From positions 896,001 to 960,000 of the forward strand of contig CAXXKM010000002.1 of the NCBI GenBank assembly GCA_963664435.2: a stretch of DNA of 64,000 nucleotides. Direction: 5' to 3'. Position 1 is the stretch's first letter. Each line of letters starts with the position of its first letter. This DNA comes from Longimicrobiales bacterium. Its GTDB lineage: Bacteria; Gemmatimonadota; Gemmatimonadetes; Longimicrobiales; Gaopeijiaceae. Made by a program: the position numbers and the translations under genes. Below, in pieces: positions 8,693 through 18,909 of the stretch. Under the pieces are notes generated by a model. That model saw only the letters and a list, made by a program, of their open reading frames with translations, was not told where the DNA came from and made no database searches.

Positions 8693-11056
8693 ATGGACAA
8701 GCGGAGCCTATCGGAACGCGACATCTGCACGAAATTCATCACGCCCGCCCTCCGCGGGGCCGGATGGGACGAGATGTCGCAGCTTCGCGAGGAGGTGACG
8801 TTCACCGCGGGTCGCATCGTGGTGCGCGGCAAGCTGGTGACGCGCCGCAAGCGGAAACGCGCCGACTACATCCTCTCCGTCAAGCCGAACATCCCGGTCG
8901 CGGTGATCGAGGCCAAGGACAACAACCACAGCGTGGGCGACGGCATGCAGCAGGCGCTGGGTTACGCCGAGACGCTGCACATCCCCTTCGCGTTCTCTTC
9001 GAACGGCGACGGCTTCGTGTTCCACGACCGCACGGGCAGCAGCCACCCCCGTGAGACGAATCTGCCCCTCGATGCCTTTCCGTCGCCGGACGACCTGTGG
9101 AAGCGCTACCGGGCCTGGAAGGGGCTGACGCCCGAAGCCGAGAAGATCGTCCTTCAGGACTACTTCGAGGACAGCGGCGGCAAGACGCCGCGCTACTACC
9201 AGGTCAATGCTGTGAACGCGGCCGTCGAGGCCATCGCCAAGGGGCAGGACCGCATCCTGCTGGTCATGGCCACGGGCACGGGCAAGACCTTCACGGCGTT
9301 CCAGATTATCTGGCGGCTGTGGAAGGCGCGGCGAAGGAAGCGCATCCTGTTCCTCGCCGACCGCAACGTGCTCGTCGACCAGACGATGGCGAACGACTTC
9401 CGCCCGTTCGGCGGCGCGATGACCAAGCTGTCGCGCAGCATCGACACCTCCTACGAGGTCTATCTCGGGCTCTATCAGGCGATCACCGGGCCGGAGGAGC
9501 ATCAGAAGGCCTACAAGAAGCTCTCGCCCGGGTTCTTCGACCTGATCGTGATCGACGAGTGCCACCGGGGCAGCGCCGCAGCCGATTCGGCATGGCGCGA
9601 GATCCTCGAATACTTCTCCTCGGCGACCCAGATCGGCCTCACCGCCACGCCGAAGGAAACCAAGTATGTCTCGAACATCGCCTACTTCGGGGAGCCGGTC
9701 TTCTCCTATTCACTCAAACAGGGCATCAGCGACGGGTTCCTCGCGCCCTACAAGGTCGTCAAGGTTCACATTGATCGGGACATCGCCGGCTGGCGGCCCG
9801 CAAAGGGCCAGCTTGCCCGCGACGGGAAGCCGGTGGATGACCACATCTACACCGTTAGGGAGTTCGACCGCACGTTGGTCATCGACGGACGCACGAAGGC
9901 CGTCGCGGAGAAGATCACGGCGTTCCAGCGGGAGAGCGGCGACCGCTTCCAGAAGGCGATCATCTTCTGCGTCGATCAGGAGCACGCCGCCCGGATGCGC
10001 CAGGCGCTGGTCAACGAGAACGCCGATCTCGTTCAGGGGCACTCGCGGTACGTCATACGGATCACGGGCGAGGATGTGGCCGGAAAGAACGAACTCGGGA
10101 ACTTCATCGACCCGGAATCGAAATACCCCGTCCTCGTCACCACGTCGCGCCTGCTGTCCACGGGCGTCGATGTCCAGACGTGCCGGCTGATCGCGCTCGA
10201 CCGCGAGGTTGGATCGATGACCGAGTTCAAACAGATCGTCGGGCGGGGCACCCGCGTGCACGAGGACACGGGGAAGTACTATTTCACGCTCATCGACTTC
10301 CGGGGAGTGTCCGGCCACTTTGCGGATCCCGAGTTCGACGGCGAGCCCGAGCAGGTCTACGAGCCCGGCGAGGGTGATCCGATTCTTCCGCCTGAGCCTC
10401 CACCGAACGGCTCGGACGGTCAGGACCACGGCGAGATCATCATCGATGGAGGCGATCCACCGCTCCCCCCACCCCCGGGGACAGGACCACGGAAGAAGAT
10501 CTACGTCGATGGGATCGACGCGACCATTGTCGCCGAGCGGGTGGAGTATCTCGGTCGGGACGGAAAACTCATTACCGAGTCGCTCCGCGACTTCACGCGC
10601 AGGGCGCTACGTAGACGCTTTGCGAGCCTAGACGACTTCCTGAATCGGTGGAAGGGGGAGGAGCGGAAGCAGGCGATCATCGACGAGATGGCGTCCGAGG
10701 GGCTACCGCTAACGGAGATCGTCCAGGAATTGGGTAAGGATCTCGACCCCTTCGATCTCATCTGTCACATCGCCTTCGACGCCAAGCCCGTGACCCGCCG
10801 CGAGCGGGTGGAGAGCGTTAGGAAGCGGGACGTGTTCACCAAGTACGCGGGCCAAGCCCGCGCCGTGTTCGACGCGCTCCTCGACAAGTACGCCGACGAC
10901 GGGGTGCTCAATCTCGACGACGCCAAGGTGCTCAGGATCCCGCCTCTCGACAGCATCGGCACGCCCCTCGAACTTGTTCGCGCCTTCGGCGGGAAAGCCG
11001 GCTTCGAGCGGGCCGTGCACGATCTTCAATCCGAACTCTACCGGGAGAGCGCCTGA
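8693..11056 (+). CDS. hsdR: Type I restriction enzyme R subunit (EcoAI/EcoEI-like)
   Basis: ADYIL..VIEAK nuclease motif, MATGTGKT, DECHRG, GLTATP, QIVGRGTR, EcoEI-type C-terminus. Confidence 0.95.
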   Translation: MDKRSLSERDICTKFITPALRGAGWDEMSQLREEVTFTAGRIVVRGKLVTRRKRKRADYILSVKPNIPVAVIEAKDNNHSVGDGMQQALGYAETLHIPFAFSSNGDGFVFHDRTGSSHPRETNLPLDAFPSPDDLWKRYRAWKGLTPEAEKIVLQDYFEDSGGKTPRYYQVNAVNAAVEAIAKGQDRILLVMATGTGKTFTAFQIIWRLWKARRRKRILFLADRNVLVDQTMANDFRPFGGAMTKLSRSIDTSYEVYLGLYQAITGPEEHQKAYKKLSPGFFDLIVIDECHRGSAAADSAWREILEYFSSATQIGLTATPKETKYVSNIAYFGEPVFSYSLKQGISDGFLAPYKVVKVHIDRDIAGWRPAKGQLARDGKPVDDHIYTVREFDRTLVIDGRTKAVAEKITAFQRESGDRFQKAIIFCVDQEHAARMRQALVNENADLVQGHSRYVIRITGEDVAGKNELGNFIDPESKYPVLVTTSRLLSTGVDVQTCRLIALDREVGSMTEFKQIVGRGTRVHEDTGKYYFTLIDFRGVSGHFADPEFDGEPEQVYEPGEGDPILPPEPPPNGSDGQDHGEIIIDGGDPPLPPPPGTGPRKKIYVDGIDATIVAERVEYLGRDGKLITESLRDFTRRALRRRFASLDDFLNRWKGEERKQAIIDEMASEGLPLTEIVQELGKDLDPFDLICHIAFDAKPVTRRERVESVRKRDVFTKYAGQARAVFDALLDKYADDGVLNLDDAKVLRIPPLDSIGTPLELVRAFGGKAGFERAVHDLQSELYRESA

Positions 11057-11059
11057 GAC

Positions 11060-12511
11060 ATGTCCGTCGGCACCCTCGTGAAATCCATTCAGAACATCAT
11101 GCGCCAAGATGTGGGCGTGGACGGCGACGCCCAGCGCATCAGCCAGCTGTGCTGGATGTTCTTCCTCAAGATCATCGACGACCAGGACCAGGAGTTCGAA
11201 CTCCTCGACGACGGCTACCGCTCGCCGGTCCCTGCCCCTCTGCGCTGGCGGAACTGGGCCGCCGATGCGGAAGGCATTACGGGCGAGGAACTGCTCGCCT
11301 TCGTCAACGGCGACCTCTTCCCGCAGCTGAAGGAACTTCCGGCCCGATCCGGGCCGCGCGCGAGCGTCGTGCGCAACGTTTTCGAGGACGCCTACAACTA
11401 CATGAAGTCCGGCCACCTGCTCCGGCAGGTCGTCAACAAGATCAACGGCATCGACTTCAACAATCTGACCGACCGGCGACACTTCGGCGACCTCTACGAG
11501 CAGGTCCTGAACGACCTGCAATCGGCCGGCAACGCGGGCGAGTACTACACGCCGCGCGCCGTGACCACGTTCATGGCACGAATCATCGACCCGAGGCCGG
11601 GCGAGACCCTGCTCGATCCGGCCTGCGGCACCGGCGGGTTCCTCACCTGCGCCATCCGCCACATGCGCGAACGTTATGTGAAGCGCACCGAGGACGAGGC
11701 GGGCATGCAAGCTTCGCTGTGCGCGGTCGAGAAGAAGCCGCTTCCCCACATGCTCGCCGTCACGAACATGCTTCTGCATGGTATCGAGGACCCGTCCTTC
11801 CTGCGTCACGACAACACGCTGGCGCGGCCCTACATCTCTTGGGGCCGGGACGAGCGCGTGGACATCGTGCTGACCAATCCGCCATTCGGCGGCAAGGAGG
11901 AGGACGGCATCGAGTCGAACTTCCCGCAGCACTTCCGGACTCGCGAGACGGCCGATCTGTTCCTCGCCCTGATTATCCGGCTGCTCAAACCCGGAGGCCG
12001 GGCCGCCGTGGTCCTGCCCGACGGCTCGCTGTTCGGCGAGGGCGTCAAGACCCGGCTGAAGGAGCATCTGATGGAGGAGTGCAACCTTCACACCATCGTG
12101 CGCCTGCCGAACTCCGTGTTCCGCCCCTACGCCTCGATCGGGACGAACCTGCTGTTCTTCGAGAAGGGCGAGCCGACCCAGGACATCTGGTTCTGGGAGC
12201 ATCTCGTGCCCGAGGGCCAGAAGGCCTATTCCATGACCCGGCCTATTCGGGTCGAGCATCTCGACGACTGCGCCGACTGGTGGGGCGGAACGGAGCGCAC
12301 GGGCCGGCAAGAGGGTGAGCGCGCCTGGAAGGTGAGCGCCGACGAGATCAAGACGCGCGGCTACAACCTCGACATCAAGAATCCGCATACGGAGGAAGAG
12401 GACCTTGGCGATCCCGAGGCGCTCCTGGAGAGACTGAACAGCGCCGAAGCCGAAGTGGTGTCGGTCCGAAACGAGTTGAAGCGGATCCTCGCAGAGGCGC
12501 TGTTGCGATGA
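11060..12511 (+). CDS. hsdM: Type I R-M N6-adenine methyltransferase M subunit
   Basis: GEYYTPR, DPACGTGGF and NPPF motifs. Confidence 0.95.
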   Translation: MSVGTLVKSIQNIMRQDVGVDGDAQRISQLCWMFFLKIIDDQDQEFELLDDGYRSPVPAPLRWRNWAADAEGITGEELLAFVNGDLFPQLKELPARSGPRASVVRNVFEDAYNYMKSGHLLRQVVNKINGIDFNNLTDRRHFGDLYEQVLNDLQSAGNAGEYYTPRAVTTFMARIIDPRPGETLLDPACGTGGFLTCAIRHMRERYVKRTEDEAGMQASLCAVEKKPLPHMLAVTNMLLHGIEDPSFLRHDNTLARPYISWGRDERVDIVLTNPPFGGKEEDGIESNFPQHFRTRETADLFLALIIRLLKPGGRAAVVLPDGSLFGEGVKTRLKEHLMEECNLHTIVRLPNSVFRPYASIGTNLLFFEKGEPTQDIWFWEHLVPEGQKAYSMTRPIRVEHLDDCADWWGGTERTGRQEGERAWKVSADEIKTRGYNLDIKNPHTEEEDLGDPEALLERLNSAEAEVVSVRNELKRILAEALLR

Positions 12512-14241
12512 ACGCCGACCGCCTGTTCACCTTATACGACCGCGTGGCGGACGCCCCGAACGCCATTGACCGTCTGCGCCGGTTCGTGCTTGATCTGGCC
12601 GTGCGCGGCAAGCTGGTGGAGCAGGACTCGGCGGATGAGCCGGCGTCGGAACTGCTGAAGCGCATCGCCGCCGAAAAGTCCCGATTGGTGAAGGCGGGGA
12701 AGCTCAGGAGGCGGAAGCTCGCTTCTCGCCTCGATGAGCGGCCCTTCTCCCTTCCATGGAGTTGGAATTGGGCTCGGATTCGGGATGTTGTGAGTGATCG
12801 AGGTCAGAAGGTTCCCGACCGTCCGTTTACCTACATCGATGTATCGGCCATCGACAAGGAGGCAGGTCTGGTTGCCGATCCGAGGGTGCTGGATCCCGAG
12901 AACGCACCCAGCCGAGCGCGCAAGGTCGCGCGACTCGGTGATGTCGTATACTCCTGCGTTCGACCGTACCTCTTGAACGTTGCCATCATCGAAGTCGACT
13001 TCGATCCGCGCCCGATCGCCAGCACAGCATTCGAGGTCTTGAATGGGCACGGGCTTGTGCTCTCTCGGTATACCTGGATGGTTCTCCGCAGTTCGTTCAT
13101 GATTGCGTGTGTTGAGCAACGCCAGCGTGGCCAAGCTTACCCTGCGATCAATAGCACTGACTTCGCGGTCCTGCCCTTCCCCCTTCCGCCCCTCGCCGAA
13201 CAGCACCGCATCGTTGCCAGAGTGGATGAGCTCATGGCGCTCTGCGACCGGTTGGAGGAAACCCGAGCAGCACGGGAAGACACCCGCGACCGGCTGACGA
13301 AGGCCAGCCTGACCCGTCTCACCGCACCTGAGACGGACGCGGGGGCGTTTCGGTCTCATGCACGGTTCGCCATCCATGCCCTTCCTGCGCTGACCGCCCG
13401 CGCCGATCAGGTCAAGCACCTGCGACAGACCATTCTGAGCCTCGCCGTGCGGGGGAAGCTGGTGGCGCAGGATCCGACCGATGAACCGGCGTCGGAACTC
13501 CTACGGCGAATCTCGGAAGAAAAGGCACGGCTGGTGAAAGCGGGAGGAATCAGGCCGCGCAGGCTCACTTCTCGACGGCGAAGGAAGTCGGTCGAATTCA
13601 CGACACCGAGAAGCTGGGAGTTGACAGATCTGGGTTCCACATCGCTGAAGATCACAGATGGAGCGCACAAGACCCCCACCTACGTCGCTTGTGGGGTTCC
13701 GTTCGTGAGCGTGAAGGATTTCAGCTCGGGACGACTGGACCTAAGCAATACACGCTTCATCCCGCAATCAGAGCATGAAGTGCTGTATCGGAGGTGCGAT
13801 CCTCGCCGCGGGGACATCTTACTTGCACGTATCGGGACTCTTGGCAGAGCAGTAATCGTCGATACCGATGTGGAGTTTAGCTTATTTGTTAGCGTCGCCC
13901 TCATTCGTTTCGACCGTGCGAACGTCGATCCTCGATTCTCGCAAATCGTTCTCAATTCTCCACTCGCCGTACAGGAATTCAATCGAATTAAGGTTGGTGG
14001 TGCCACACACACCAACAAGCTAAACCTTGGCGACTTACACACAGTTACGTTTCCCCTTCCACCACTGATCGAGCAACAGCGTATCGTCGCCAAGGTCGAT
14101 GAACTCATGACCCTCTGCGACCGTGTGGAGGCTGGCCTTGCTTCCACACATGATACTCGAGGACGCCTTCTCGAATCCCTCCTGCGAGCCACGCTGAAAT
14201 CTGCCGTGTGCGAACCTGCCACCGTCGGGGCGGTGAGTTAG
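12508..14241 (+). CDS. hsdS: Type I R-M specificity subunit
   Basis: Two TRDs, each followed by PLPPLxEQxRIV; duplicated LAVRGKLVxQD..DEPASELL blocks. Confidence 0.95.
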   Translation: MNADRLFTLYDRVADAPNAIDRLRRFVLDLAVRGKLVEQDSADEPASELLKRIAAEKSRLVKAGKLRRRKLASRLDERPFSLPWSWNWARIRDVVSDRGQKVPDRPFTYIDVSAIDKEAGLVADPRVLDPENAPSRARKVARLGDVVYSCVRPYLLNVAIIEVDFDPRPIASTAFEVLNGHGLVLSRYTWMVLRSSFMIACVEQRQRGQAYPAINSTDFAVLPFPLPPLAEQHRIVARVDELMALCDRLEETRAAREDTRDRLTKASLTRLTAPETDAGAFRSHARFAIHALPALTARADQVKHLRQTILSLAVRGKLVAQDPTDEPASELLRRISEEKARLVKAGGIRPRRLTSRRRRKSVEFTTPRSWELTDLGSTSLKITDGAHKTPTYVACGVPFVSVKDFSSGRLDLSNTRFIPQSEHEVLYRRCDPRRGDILLARIGTLGRAVIVDTDVEFSLFVSVALIRFDRANVDPRFSQIVLNSPLAVQEFNRIKVGGATHTNKLNLGDLHTVTFPLPPLIEQQRIVAKVDELMTLCDRVEAGLASTHDTRGRLLESLLRATLKSAVCEPATVGAVS

Positions 14242-14244
14242 GCC

Positions 14245-15393
14245 ATGATCCGGGTCTCCGTGCCGCCCGAGATGCTTCGCTGGGCCTGCGAACGTGCGGG
14301 CCACGACGTGGCGTACGTCGCCGAACGCGTCCCGCAGCTGTGGGCTTGGGTCAGACGCGAGCGTCAGCCGACGCTCAAGCAACTGGAACGGCTGGCCAAG
14401 GTCACCCATACGCCGCTCGGCTACTTGTTTCTCCCGGAGCCGCCCGACGAACGCCTTCCCGTGCCTGACTACCGTACCGTGTCGGGCACCGCCGCAGCCA
14501 AGCCGAGTCCCGACCTTTTGGACACGCTGTACACGATGCAGCGCCGCCAAGCCTGGCTGAGGGATTCTCTCGTCGAACACGAGGCGGAACCACTGGCATT
14601 TGTGGGAAACGCCCGCCTTGCCGACGAGCCGGACGCGGCGGGTCGCGAGATGCGCCGTGCCCTCGACCTGGACGAAGGCTGGGCGGGCGGAGTGCGAACT
14701 TGGCAGGACGCCGTGGGCGAATTGCGCCGAGCGATCGAGCATCTAGGTGTGATGGCTGTGATCAACGGCGTGGTGGGGAACAACACACACCGCCGACTAA
14801 GGGTGGATGAGTTCCGCGGCTTCGCGCTCACGGACCCCTACGCGCCGCTGATCTTCGTGAACGGTGCCGACGCGAAGTCGGCACAGATGTTCACCCTCGC
14901 CCACGAACTGGCGCACATCTGGCTCGGCACGGAAGGGGTTTCCGGCTTCGATACGCTGCTCCCTGGCGGTACGGAGGTGGAGGACTGGTGCAACCGGGCG
15001 GCGGCTGAACTGCTCGCGCCCGCCAAGGAGGTCAGAGCGCGTTGGATGGAAGTCAGGCGGTTGCCGAGTCCACTCGATTCGCTGGCTCGGACGTTCAAGG
15101 TGAGCCCGGTGGTCGCCGCCCGCCGCGCTCTTGACCTGACTCTCATTGACCGCAGCACCTTCTTCGACTTCTACGAGCGCTATGTGAAGCGGGAACGCAA
15201 GAGGGGCACGAAGGCTACCGGAGGCGATTTCTTCAACAACCAGAACACCCGCGTCGGCGAACTGTTCGCGACCCAAGTCCTGCACGCGGCCATGGAAGGC
15301 CGCATCGGGTTCAAGGAAGCCTATGACCTGACCGGGCTGCGTGGAGGAACCTTCCAGAAGTATGCGAGGCGGCTGGGGATGGACCTCCCATGA
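14245..15393 (+). CDS. HTH + ImmA/IrrE-family Zn metallopeptidase
   Basis: N-terminal XRE-like HTH; FTLAHELAH (HExxH); E..CNRAAAELL. Confidence 0.9.
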   Translation: MIRVSVPPEMLRWACERAGHDVAYVAERVPQLWAWVRRERQPTLKQLERLAKVTHTPLGYLFLPEPPDERLPVPDYRTVSGTAAAKPSPDLLDTLYTMQRRQAWLRDSLVEHEAEPLAFVGNARLADEPDAAGREMRRALDLDEGWAGGVRTWQDAVGELRRAIEHLGVMAVINGVVGNNTHRRLRVDEFRGFALTDPYAPLIFVNGADAKSAQMFTLAHELAHIWLGTEGVSGFDTLLPGGTEVEDWCNRAAAELLAPAKEVRARWMEVRRLPSPLDSLARTFKVSPVVAARRALDLTLIDRSTFFDFYERYVKRERKRGTKATGGDFFNNQNTRVGELFATQVLHAAMEGRIGFKEAYDLTGLRGGTFQKYARRLGMDLP

Positions 15394-15914
15394 GGGTAGA
15401 TCGGGCCTACCTTGTGGATTCGGATGTCTTCATCACGGCGAAGAACCTGTACTACTCGTTCGACATCTGCCCCGGCTTCTGGAAGAGCCTGCTTCATCAC
15501 CACCGGGCAGGCACGGTCTTCAGCATCGACCGGGTGCGTAGCGAACTTCTCGCGGGTCGCAAGACAGAGGATCTCGTGCAGTGGGTGAGGAGCGATGTCC
15601 CGGAAGGCTTCTTCCTCCCCGTGGACACCGCCGACGTTGCGGATGCTTATACGGACATTATGATGTGGGTCCAGCGCCAAGCGCGGTTCTTCGACCACGC
15701 GAAGGCGAAGTTCGCGACGGGTGCGGACGGCTGGCTCGTTGCTTACGCGCGGGTCCACGGCGCGATCCTTGTGACCAACGAGCAGAGTGCGCCGGAGTCG
15801 AAGAAGGAGGTAAAGCTGCCTGATCTATGCGCTCAGTTCGGAGTACAGCACGATAACACTTTCGCGATGCTGCGCGCGCTGAACGTTCAATTCGATTGGG
15901 CTGGGAAACGCTGA
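15390..15914 (+). CDS. DUF4411-like PIN-fold protein
   Basis: YLVDSDVFI..KNLYY, ADGWLVAYA, LVTNE, KLPDLC; ATGA overlap with the peptidase gene. Confidence 0.85.
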   Translation: MRVDRAYLVDSDVFITAKNLYYSFDICPGFWKSLLHHHRAGTVFSIDRVRSELLAGRKTEDLVQWVRSDVPEGFFLPVDTADVADAYTDIMMWVQRQARFFDHAKAKFATGADGWLVAYARVHGAILVTNEQSAPESKKEVKLPDLCAQFGVQHDNTFAMLRALNVQFDWAGKR

Positions 15915-16020
15915 ATGTCTCTTCGTCACGGCGGATCGGCGCTGGCGGCCCCTTGACTTTCTGCCAGGAGGGGTTGCGGACCTTGTTACGTACGCACACA
16001 CCATTGCCTCAGGGATTCGC

Positions 16021-17481
16021 ATGACCAAATGGAAGCACGGTGAGAACCCGTACGGAAAGTCCATCGGTGCTGTATTCGACCTCGGAATGAACCAGCGGCT
16101 CCACGGACGCATCGTTCTCGATCGCGAGGATCTCATGTACGCCAGCACGACCAAGATCTTTGACAACAAACCCTTCGACATTCCCCAGGGGTCCAGTGTC
16201 CATGGCGTCTCTGAGAAGGGCAAGGTGTCATTGCTGTCGTGTTACGGAGGGAGCTTCGGACACCTCGCCTCGCCGGATGGAGTGCAACAGGAGCCAGTTT
16301 GGAGTGGTGCTTCATCGTCCTGTGATCTCAGATCTGAGTACGCTCTGTTCGGCAACGAATACCTACGCCGTAACGACCCTGTTATAGGTGGCATTCGCTT
16401 CTCATTCGAGGACTTCCACAGTCTGCTCGACAACCTACTAAGCCGCGACTCGTTCGGGTGCATCATTGATCCCGACCCGCGCATTCTCGAAGCCATAGAA
16501 AAGCACAAACCCCATGGCGCTCCGGGAGGGCTGAGGGAATACGATAAGCCTTGGATCCTCTACTTCAACGGAAGATACGAAGTGTTGCCGACTACGCAGA
16601 CCGTATTGGGGTCCATAAGCGTGCTGCGCACCTTGCACGTTACGATGTCCGGGGGAGCGAACGCGAGCGATGCACCCTACGTCAACATTTCCTTTGACGA
16701 TCAGCGGGTAACCTTAGACGGCGCTATCGAGAGTATGCACGATGTGCGTCAGTTCTTCTCGTGGATGAGCGGATACGCGCCCAAGTGGATGGATGTACGC
16801 GTTTTGGCGGGAAAGAGGCCTCCTGCAAGGGGGCATCACCTTGTGACCGATGAAGGGCAGGCGGTCGAGGAACTCGATGTGTTCACGTCATACTTTGGTG
16901 GAACCACAGGTGGGGTACACCAAGCAGGGAAGATGCTGATCAGCCCGGTGCGACAACCGAGCCATTTCATGGAGGTCATGAAGAACTGGCTAGAGCGAAA
17001 CAGCGAACGGACGCGACCCAACCGCATGTTCTTCGCATCGACTCGGGGGATGTTCACAACTGTCCTTGACGACAGGATGTGTGCCGCGGCGAACGTCTTC
17101 GAGCAACTCCCCGTAGGCGATAGGCCCAACAAGCAGACCAAGATGCTCGACGCCGCACTCCGTCGATACCAGAAGGTCATACGTCCTCGGCTCCGGTTGC
17201 CACGTATGGAACAGGTCATCAGGTCGGCGATAAGCTGCCGTCAGCACATCACACACGGGAGGAGCACGGCCAAGAAGACTCCCGACGTTGACTTTGCTGA
17301 CTTGAGAGCGGTTGATTTTCTGACGGAAGCGCTCCGGTTTGTTTACGGAGTTTCCGAGCTCCTCGACTGCGGATGGGACATGGAGCATTGGCTGCAGCGC
17401 CCCCTCAAGCGAGGCCATCCGTTCGGGTGCTTCTTGGAAACCTACGAGGAGGCTTTGTCGGCAGTGATGCCGGAAGGGTAA
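16021..17481 (+). CDS. ApeA-like HEPN-domain protein (putative anti-phage RNase)
   Basis: C-terminal RQHITH (RxxxxH) motif; N-terminus resembling ApeA NTD (VHGVSEKGKVSLLSC); visibly more AT-rich than flanks. Confidence 0.7.
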   Translation: MTKWKHGENPYGKSIGAVFDLGMNQRLHGRIVLDREDLMYASTTKIFDNKPFDIPQGSSVHGVSEKGKVSLLSCYGGSFGHLASPDGVQQEPVWSGASSSCDLRSEYALFGNEYLRRNDPVIGGIRFSFEDFHSLLDNLLSRDSFGCIIDPDPRILEAIEKHKPHGAPGGLREYDKPWILYFNGRYEVLPTTQTVLGSISVLRTLHVTMSGGANASDAPYVNISFDDQRVTLDGAIESMHDVRQFFSWMSGYAPKWMDVRVLAGKRPPARGHHLVTDEGQAVEELDVFTSYFGGTTGGVHQAGKMLISPVRQPSHFMEVMKNWLERNSERTRPNRMFFASTRGMFTTVLDDRMCAAANVFEQLPVGDRPNKQTKMLDAALRRYQKVIRPRLRLPRMEQVIRSAISCRQHITHGRSTAKKTPDVDFADLRAVDFLTEALRFVYGVSELLDCGWDMEHWLQRPLKRGHPFGCFLETYEEALSAVMPEG

Positions 17482-17761
17482 TGTGGTTGTGAAACGCTGG
17501 GGCGGATGCGAAGCAGTGGGTAGAACCGTATCACGCCCGTAGAGCACACAGCCATCGCCCTTTGGGCTCCTGAGGGAGACGAGCCACCCACAAGCGGGCG
17601 TGTGACGATGACTGGGATTCCCGCCAATCGATTCCGGTTTTCCCGCAGTCCGCCGACGGAAGAAGCAGATTCCTCCGAATGGCAAGAGTGGCAGATCGTG
17701 CAGTCCCTATTGAACTTACGTGATCTCCTGCCGTGATTTGAACCTCGGGTGATCCGCATAC

Positions 17762-17832
17762 TCCTTGGGGCCACACTCCGTGCGTCCCCTGCGGAGGCTG
17801 GCGGGGGGCCGTGCCCCCTGTGACCCCCGTGA
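17762..17832 (-). other. Putative ColE1-like oriT
   Basis: Minus strand reads GGGGGCACGGCCCCCC (hairpin)...CGGAGTGTGG, resembling the ColE1 oriT layout, directly upstream of mobC. Confidence 0.4.
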
Positions 17833-17847
17833 CGGAAACGGCGCGCC

Positions 17848-18186
17848 ATGAGCGCCGGACGCGCCGTTTGGGTGAAGGTTCGCGCCAGCGAGGCGGAGCG
17901 TGCCGAGTGGCACGCCAAGGCGCGCGCCGCGGGCCTCACGCTGTCGGATCTGGTGCGCCGGTCGGTGGGCCGGACGCACACGTGGACCGTGGCGCACGCC
18001 GAGGTCGAGCGCGAGCGCGTCCAGCAGGTGGCTCGCGTCGGGAACAACCTCAACCAGATCGCTCGGTGGGCGAACACCCACCGGGGGGCCATCGAGGCGG
18101 TCGAGGTGATCGGCCACCTCGTCGCCATCAGGCGGGCGCTCGCGGCACTGTCCCCCGCCGAAGGCCCGGCCTCCGATGCTGATTAA
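17848..18186 (+). CDS. mobC: Mobilization relaxosome protein MobC/MbeC
   Basis: RHH-like N-terminus and RVGNNLNQIAR signature. Confidence 0.9.
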   Translation: MSAGRAVWVKVRASEAERAEWHAKARAAGLTLSDLVRRSVGRTHTWTVAHAEVERERVQQVARVGNNLNQIARWANTHRGAIEAVEVIGHLVAIRRALAALSPAEGPASDAD

Positions 18187-18909
18187 GTTCCTGGCGCACG
18201 GGACCGGATCGGCCGGCAAGGCGGCTGGCTACCTCCTCGGCGAGCGGGACGCGGCCGGGAAGCCGCGCGAGGGCGTCGAGGTCCTTCGGGGCGATCCGAA
18301 CCAGGTGGCCGCCGTAGCCGACACGCTGGCGTTCGAGCACAGGTACACCTCGGGCGTGATCGCATGGGCGCCGGAGGACGAACCGACCGACGCAGAGATC
18401 GAGGCGGTCGTGGACGCCTTCGAGGACACGGCCTGGGCCGGACTGGAGCGCGACCGCTACGCATGGACCGCCGTGCTGCACCGCGAGCGCGGCGGCGGCG
18501 CGCACGTCCACGTCCTCGCCGCGCGGTGCGACCTGGAGACCGGCCGGAGCCTCAACATCGCCCCTTCGGGCTGGGAGAAGACCTTCGGGCCGCTGCGGGA
18601 CGCCTTCAATTCCGAACACGGCTGGGCTCGCCCGGACGATCCGGCGCGGGCCAGGGTGCAGCAACCCGGCCACCGCGCCTACATCGAGGCGACCCGACTG
18701 CGGGCAGGGCTCCGGCTCGAAGCCTCCCCCCGCGACCTCATCCGGGACTACCTGCTCCAGCGCGTCGAGCACGGCACGGCGCGGAACCGGGCCGATGTCG
18801 TCGCCGCCCTTCGGGAGGCGGGCCTCGAAGTGCCGCGCCGGGGCAAGGACTACCTCACCGCGCTGGACCCGGAGACCGGCAAACCGGTGGCGGCTGAAAG
18901 GAGAACTGT

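Noticed and set aside
12583..13560. Direct repeats inside hsdS as a possible phase-variation system
   Set aside because: Normal duplicated conserved regions; no inverted repeats, silent TRDs or adjacent invertase.
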